Part shown: positions 59,115 to 64,000 of the stretch, piece after piece
Numbering within the stretch: position 1 is the stretch's first letter
Layout: each line of letters begins with the position of its first letter
Source: an uncultured archaeon
GTDB taxonomy: Archaea > Asgardarchaeota > Thorarchaeia > Thorarchaeales > Thorarchaeaceae
DNA length: 64,000 nt
Direction: 5' to 3'
Assembly (NCBI GenBank): GCA_964473825.1
Contig: CAYYQL010000004.1
Location: 64,001-128,000 of the forward strand
Notes under the pieces: generated by a model
Database searches by the model: none
Seen by the model: the letters and a program-made list of their open reading frames with translations, nothing else
What the model was told of the DNA's origin: nothing
Translations under genes and position numbers: made by a program

Positions 59115-59388
59115 TCTGAATCCGTCACTGTGGTTCTAAGAACCGATTAGGAGACAGGATTGTGGATGAGATGGCTTTGTCTATACCTAGAGGGGACGAG
59201 CCTCTGCTATCAAAGATTGTTCAACTTGCAATGAACGGACTATGATCCAGATGTGGACCCCATCGAGATTCCATGACGCCCGTGTCCACGTATGAATCCC
59301 CTCTCTTGTCGTCATTCTCTCGCAAAATCCTCCAGCTGGGGTATGAACACTCGTAGGACTAAATACGAATAGTGTATCAGAGAGAAAG

Positions 59389-59665
59389 ATGTTCGAGATG
59401 ATTGGGTTCGGAATCGTCGTCGTCATGCTCCTCTTCCTTAGCAGGGAAGTGCTACGGTTGGGGTCGCTCCTCCGGCGAGGTAAGAATAACGAGGCCTAAC
59501 CCGAAGAAAGTTGATGGATTCGGCTGGACACGAGCTTGTGGTTTCTCCTACGTTGGGGCCAATCCCGATGGCTATCCCAAGCCACTCCCTGTTGGCCTTC
59601 GGGGAGAGCAAGAAAAGACAGATACCTGGAAGGCCTCTGAGCGCAACGATTCGGACCGCCAATGA
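59389..59665 (+). pseudogene. Frameshifted paralog (copy 2) of 58842-59114
   Basis: ttcctagcagggaagtgc in copy 1 vs ttccttagcagggaagtgc in copy 2 (+1 T near 59438); span is 277 nt (3n+1). Confidence 0.65.
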
Positions 59666-60004
59666 ACAGCAGTCGCTGAAGATTTGTGGGGGAATCTGAA
59701 CAGAATTTCAAATTACCTGGCCAGATGTATCCCTTCATCCCTTGCTTTTGTTCTTTTGATTACCCTGTCCGTTTGTTAAGTCACCGTCTGCATCATTGTC
59801 CGCAATTCAGACAAGAATCTGATTGAACCTCTCCTTCTGGGCAAGTAGGCCGAATATGGCTTCTAGAGGGCCTCTGGCTGTTATCTGTGGCACCCACTTC
59901 TGTTGATGTATTATATATACCATGGTGGCAGTAGTATTCTCTGTCTAGCATTCCTCAATCTGAATGCTACCAATGCATCCGTCGAAAGAAGAAGGCTCTA
60001 CAAA

Positions 60005-60187
60005 ATGGCTGAGACCCACACACTGCACCTCCGTGAGATACCCTCTCGCACACTCAGAAAGAAGGTCCGCGTCTTTCTTCATGGGGGAGATGTTAGTGTG
60101 GAGGTAGAGTCCGGAAGCAGATACGAAGTAGAGCTGCAATCGTCAACCAAAATCGTTCTGCGACCATTGGACGCCTGCGCGCTCTGA
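60005..60187 (+). CDS. Small hypothetical beta-rich protein
   Basis: MAETHTLHLREIP..., 60 aa; AT-rich TATA-like tract upstream. Confidence 0.4.
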   Translation: MAETHTLHLREIPSRTLRKKVRVFLHGGDVSVEVESGSRYEVELQSSTKIVLRPLDACAL

Positions 60188-60452
60188 ATTCTAGGGGCGA
60201 AGGGGATAGAGCGCACGTCCGGACTCTGCCTGACTGCCTGTGTGGTTGTTTCAGCCTTACCTTCTGTTTTTAGTTCTCTTGAGAAGAGAAAAATCGGTCT
60301 CAGCTTGCTCTTGGATCTTCATCGCAGTTGTGCTCCGCCAGGGGTTATGTCGTCCTCGACCGATGCAGAAACAATCGCAGCTCTACTGAAAAAGATGTGG
60401 TTCCAAGAGCGAAGAGATAGGTTCATAGCAGAGTGTCCGTGGTTGAGGTCTG

Positions 60453-61592
60453 ATGGAGATGCTCAAGGAATCACGGATCATTTCGCTTGCCCAGTCCCTG
60501 ATTGCGACCAATTCGGAGAGTCCGCCCGGGAGAGAGGCTGAAGTTGCAGCAGTGTTGAGAGAGCACATGGAGTCGCACGGAATTGGATGCAGGTCCGTTG
60601 GCGAAGCAGAACGTCCAAATCTTATCTTCTACTCCCACGACTATGAGATAGGCGATCTCGTCATTCATGGCCATATGGACACAGTTCCGGTTGGGTCTAT
60701 CGAGTCCTGGAAGCACGACCCGTTTGGTGGAGAGATTGTCAACGGTCGGCTCTATGGACGTGGCTCCTGTGATATGAAGGGGCCAGTGGCAGCACTAGCC
60801 GAGTCGATCATACTCTATTCAGAAGAAAGACATGAACGTCCTCTTGTCATGCTTGCTACATCGGATGAGGAGAGCGGCTGTTCAGGAGCCGAGGCTGTTG
60901 CAGCGAGTGGTATCTTGAAGGGCATAAGGTACGGAGTATGTGCGGAACCCACCAGTCTGGATGTGCTGGTAGGTGAAAAGGGGATGCTCTGGACAAAACT
61001 CATCGCTCATGGAAAGTCAGCGCACGGGTCTAGACCTGAAGAGGGAGTAAACGCCATCGACCTCTGCATCAAGTCGCTCCAGCTGGTCAAAGAAACAGAG
61101 TTTCCCTACGAACAGACTGAACTCATGGGCCCGCCCACTCTAAACCTAGGTCTCATCGAGGGTGGTATCAAGATCAATGTTGTCCCTGATAGATGTGAGG
61201 CATCACTTGACATGAGGCTTGTCAAGGGCCAGTCTATAGATACCGTTCTTGAGAATATGCGACTGGTCCTAGATGAGTCGCAATTCGATGGGCGAGTTGA
61301 GCTGGAATACGTGCATGGGAAGGACGCAGTTCTGACACCTTTGGATGCAGAGATTGTCGCTGTCACACTGGATGCTGTTGAAGCAAATACGGGTCACAGA
61401 CCTACTCCCACATCTGCGACCTATGGTACCGACTGCTCGGTGTTGCAGCCCAAGATCGGGATTCTCAATGTCATATGTGGTCCGGGCTCAATTGAGCAGG
61501 CTCACCAGCCGAATGAATACATCCAGATCGAAGAGATGGTTAACTCGGTCAACATATACTTGGAGATTGCACGCCACTTCGCTTCCAGTTGA
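60453..61592 (+). CDS. M20 family metallopeptidase (ArgE/DapE-like)
   Basis: HGHMDTVP, GRGSCDMKG, DEE, AEP, AHGS, INVVP, AHQPNE. Confidence 0.93.
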   Translation: MEMLKESRIISLAQSLIATNSESPPGREAEVAAVLREHMESHGIGCRSVGEAERPNLIFYSHDYEIGDLVIHGHMDTVPVGSIESWKHDPFGGEIVNGRLYGRGSCDMKGPVAALAESIILYSEERHERPLVMLATSDEESGCSGAEAVAASGILKGIRYGVCAEPTSLDVLVGEKGMLWTKLIAHGKSAHGSRPEEGVNAIDLCIKSLQLVKETEFPYEQTELMGPPTLNLGLIEGGIKINVVPDRCEASLDMRLVKGQSIDTVLENMRLVLDESQFDGRVELEYVHGKDAVLTPLDAEIVAVTLDAVEANTGHRPTPTSATYGTDCSVLQPKIGILNVICGPGSIEQAHQPNEYIQIEEMVNSVNIYLEIARHFASS

Positions 61593-61617
61593 AGATTTCA
61601 ATGGATGCCTGAGCGAG

Positions 61618-62403
61618 TCACTGCAGTCCATTTCTACAGCGTCTGGCAATCAGTGCGGCCATGGCGCCAGCTCCAACTCCATTGCCAATGTTCACTACTG
61701 CCAAGCCCGGGGCACAGGACTGGAGCATTGCAGCTAGGGCCGTTTCCCCTGCCCCACCGTGACCGTAGCCTGTGGGGATTGGGACTCCAATGACGGGCGC
61801 ATCGACAAGGGAGGCTATCACTGTTGGCAGTGCTCCTTCCATTCCAGCCATGACCACGATGGCAGACACACGCTTCTCTACCAGCTTGCGAAGGGGCTCA
61901 ACCAGCCTGTGGATCCCTGCTATACCCACATCATAGAATGAAATGGGTTCTACGCCCATTGTTCGGATAACCATCTCGGCCTCTTTTGCATAGGGGATAT
62001 CTGAAGTACCTGCTGTGAGAACTCCCACTTCTCCATTCCCGTCCGGAAGCTTCCAGTCCACAGTGTGTACTAGTGCAGTTAGGTGGTCCCCTGCTCCTTC
62101 AATATGGACTTGGAGATCTGTGAGATTACTCTTCAGAATATCAGTCTCTGACGTTGCCAACCGTGTGACTATCGCGTAACCTTTTCTCTCAACCATACGT
62201 CGAACAATCTTGATTATGTCTTCAACATCCTTTGATTCGCCGAGGACTACTTCTGGAACGCCACTTCTCTCATCTCGATTCATATCCAGCGCTGCAATCT
62301 CATCGAGATCCGATATGGATGCCGCTTTTAGTGCATCTTGTGCTTCCTCTATACTCAGCTCCCCTGAAACCAATCTCTCTAGAATCTTTCTTGTTGAAGG
62401 CAT
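61618..62403 (-). CDS. larB: Nickel-pincer cofactor biosynthesis protein LarB
   Basis: GVPEVVLGESK, AGTSDIP, DVGIAGIHRL, AGMEGALP, GYG, CAPG.AVVNI. Confidence 0.93.
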   Translation of the reverse strand: MPSTRKILERLVSGELSIEEAQDALKAASISDLDEIAALDMNRDERSGVPEVVLGESKDVEDIIKIVRRMVERKGYAIVTRLATSETDILKSNLTDLQVHIEGAGDHLTALVHTVDWKLPDGNGEVGVLTAGTSDIPYAKEAEMVIRTMGVEPISFYDVGIAGIHRLVEPLRKLVEKRVSAIVVMAGMEGALPTVIASLVDAPVIGVPIPTGYGHGGAGETALAAMLQSCAPGLAVVNIGNGVGAGAMAALIARRCRNGLQ

Positions 62404-62555
62404 GAGATGATATCTCCCGTTTCTGTTTCCTTCTCGCCATAAGAAACCTTAAAGTTGATGTTGTCACCCTTTGAATTGTTTGCCTCCTTTCCCTTGAACC
62501 TCCGAGTTGGTTTCACAGATTGCGGGGCATCCTACATAGGGACAAGGTGTTACAG

Positions 62556-62999
62556 GTGAGTGGCTTCTTCAGTAGAATATTCGGCGGTGACAAGGGCAAG
62601 GGCCCCGTCATGAAGCAGATAAAGAAGATGATTTCCGCTATCGAGAAGGACAAGGACTTCGATGAGGTCAATGTGAAGACAAGACAGGAGATTCTTACTG
62701 AGGTATTCGTGGAGAAGCTTCAGAAACTCGACTTGACACTTTCGGATGCATCTGGATACGTTCCTGCTTCATATGTGCCCATCGCAATCTTCCTTAGGAA
62801 GCTGAGTGTCCCAGAGCAAATAACGGATGCGCTGCTTCAAGGGATCGAAGAGGCCGAAAGCGAAGAGTCGGTTCGCGAGATGATTGATGCTGCAGTTGAG
62901 GCAGCCGAAATAGAACTTGGTCAAGACGAGCTTCTTGAGGCTCAAGACCTCGGCCTAGAGGAATGGAGGAAGGTTCAGGGCCGAGAAGAAAAAGTCTGA
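62556..62999 (+). CDS. Hypothetical acidic helical protein with N-terminal amphipathic helix
   Basis: Likely GTG start giving MSGFFSRIFGG; aaggtg SD. Confidence 0.7.
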   Translation: MSGFFSRIFGGDKGKGPVMKQIKKMISAIEKDKDFDEVNVKTRQEILTEVFVEKLQKLDLTLSDASGYVPASYVPIAIFLRKLSVPEQITDALLQGIEEAESEESVREMIDAAVEAAEIELGQDELLEAQDLGLEEWRKVQGREEKV

Positions 63000-63035
63000 G
63001 GACGGATTAAGAGAAGAGTCACAGGAGCATGACGT

Positions 63036-63779
63036 ATGACTGAAATGTTACACATGAAAGACAACTACATTCGGGAGTTTGATGCAATCGTTTCTGAGGT
63101 TGGTGAGAACTATGTTGTGCTTGACCGGACTGCCTTCTATCCTGAAGGGGGCGGTCAGAGCGGTGACCGAGGTATTTTGAAATCGGGCGCAAGGGCCGCT
63201 GTAGTAACCAACACGAAGAAGAGAGATCAAGTCCGCCATTTTCTTTCAGGTCCTCCTCCTTTTGAAAGTGGAATGAAGGTACACGGCGAAGTGGATTGGA
63301 CATTTCGTCATGAATGCATGCGTTATCATACCGCCCAACATATTCTATCACGCTATTTGCAGTTGAATCGGGGACTAGAAACCAGAGGGAATATGGTGAA
63401 ACCGGGTGGAAGTCGTGCTGACTACCATCCGATTGATGACTTCTCGGAAGAGATGGTTTCCGAAACGGAGAAGGGAGTAAATGAGATACTGACGAATAAT
63501 CTTGATGTTTCGATCGAGTTCATGCCAAGAGATGAGGCTATTGAGTTTCTCAAGAAACGTGGATATCAGACCAGATATCTGGACATGGTGCCCGAATCCG
63601 TCAAAGAATTCAGAGTAGTTCTGATTGGAGACTATGACGCCTCTGCTTGTGCTGGTACACATGTTGCCAACACAGGAGAGATTGGGTTGCTCAAGATAAA
63701 CAAGACGAAGAATGTTGGTGCAGAGAAGCAGAGATTGTACTTCTCTCTCGTCCCTCCCGACGACTTGCCCCTCAGCTAA
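63036..63779 (+). CDS. alaX: Alanyl-tRNA editing protein AlaX-M
   Basis: LDRTAFYPEGGGQ, HTAQH, CAGTHV. Confidence 0.93.
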   Translation: MTEMLHMKDNYIREFDAIVSEVGENYVVLDRTAFYPEGGGQSGDRGILKSGARAAVVTNTKKRDQVRHFLSGPPPFESGMKVHGEVDWTFRHECMRYHTAQHILSRYLQLNRGLETRGNMVKPGGSRADYHPIDDFSEEMVSETEKGVNEILTNNLDVSIEFMPRDEAIEFLKKRGYQTRYLDMVPESVKEFRVVLIGDYDASACAGTHVANTGEIGLLKINKTKNVGAEKQRLYFSLVPPDDLPLS

Positions 63780-63825
63780 AGGTTTTATTGCTCCCCTCAC
63801 TAATCTGCCATAGTGTGAACCCAAA

Positions 63826-64000
63826 ATGAAAGCACTCGTCCTTACCGCCGGTAGAGGAAACCGTCTTCGCCCCCTGACATCTCACCGTTCCAAAGCCATG
63901 CTCAAGATTGCCGGCAAGCCGGTAATGCAATACATCCTCGAGAGCCTCAGAGAGAATGATATCAATGATCTTGTCGTGGTGGTGGGACATGGCCGAGAAG
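63826..64000 (+). CDS. Sugar-phosphate nucleotidyltransferase (GlmU-like), 5' part, truncated by window end
   Basis: Translated by hand: MKALVLTAGRGNRLRPLTSHRSKAMLKIAGKP. Confidence 0.9.
   Translation, partial: MKALVLTAGRGNRLRPLTSHRSKAMLKIAGKPVMQYILESLRENDINDLVVVVGHGRE

Noticed and set aside
1-64000. CRISPR arrays, rRNA, tRNA, transposases, integrases
   Set aside because: None recognised by eye; tRNAscan-SE and Infernal would be needed to exclude short RNAs fully

Overview
Gene-dense archaeal window, about 50% GC. An ESCRT-III/Snf7 gene, a histone-fold gene, a presenilin-like protease, a PAC2-like protein, Fae domains, archaeal TATA boxes and GGAGGTGA Shine-Dalgarno sites point to an Asgard archaeon, most likely Thorarchaeia-like (inference from gene content). 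Most genes are housekeeping or metabolic: an Opp peptide ABC transporter, a GDH/BCAT/AOR amino-acid fermentation cluster, nucleotide salvage genes, thrC, surE, wecB, larB and alaX. I recognised no rRNA, tRNA, CRISPR array or transposase. The leading candidate for an undescribed system is a translationally coupled pair of DapA-class aldolase/formaldehyde-activating-enzyme (Fae) fusions (55469-58350). Their Fae domains have lost complementary parts of the active site, which suggests a heteromeric formaldehyde-channelling aldolase. Other notable items: a 56-aa histone missed by the ORF track, a chlI/chlD-like pair joined by an A9 -1 slippery site with a membrane-anchored vWA half, a giant GCS2 carboxylate-amine ligase coupled to a formylglutamate-hydrolase-like gene, an orphan ESCRT-III, a HEAT protein with UBM-like repeats, two giant coupled unknown proteins and two candidate structured RNAs. 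All family calls come from reading motifs by eye; no searches were run.
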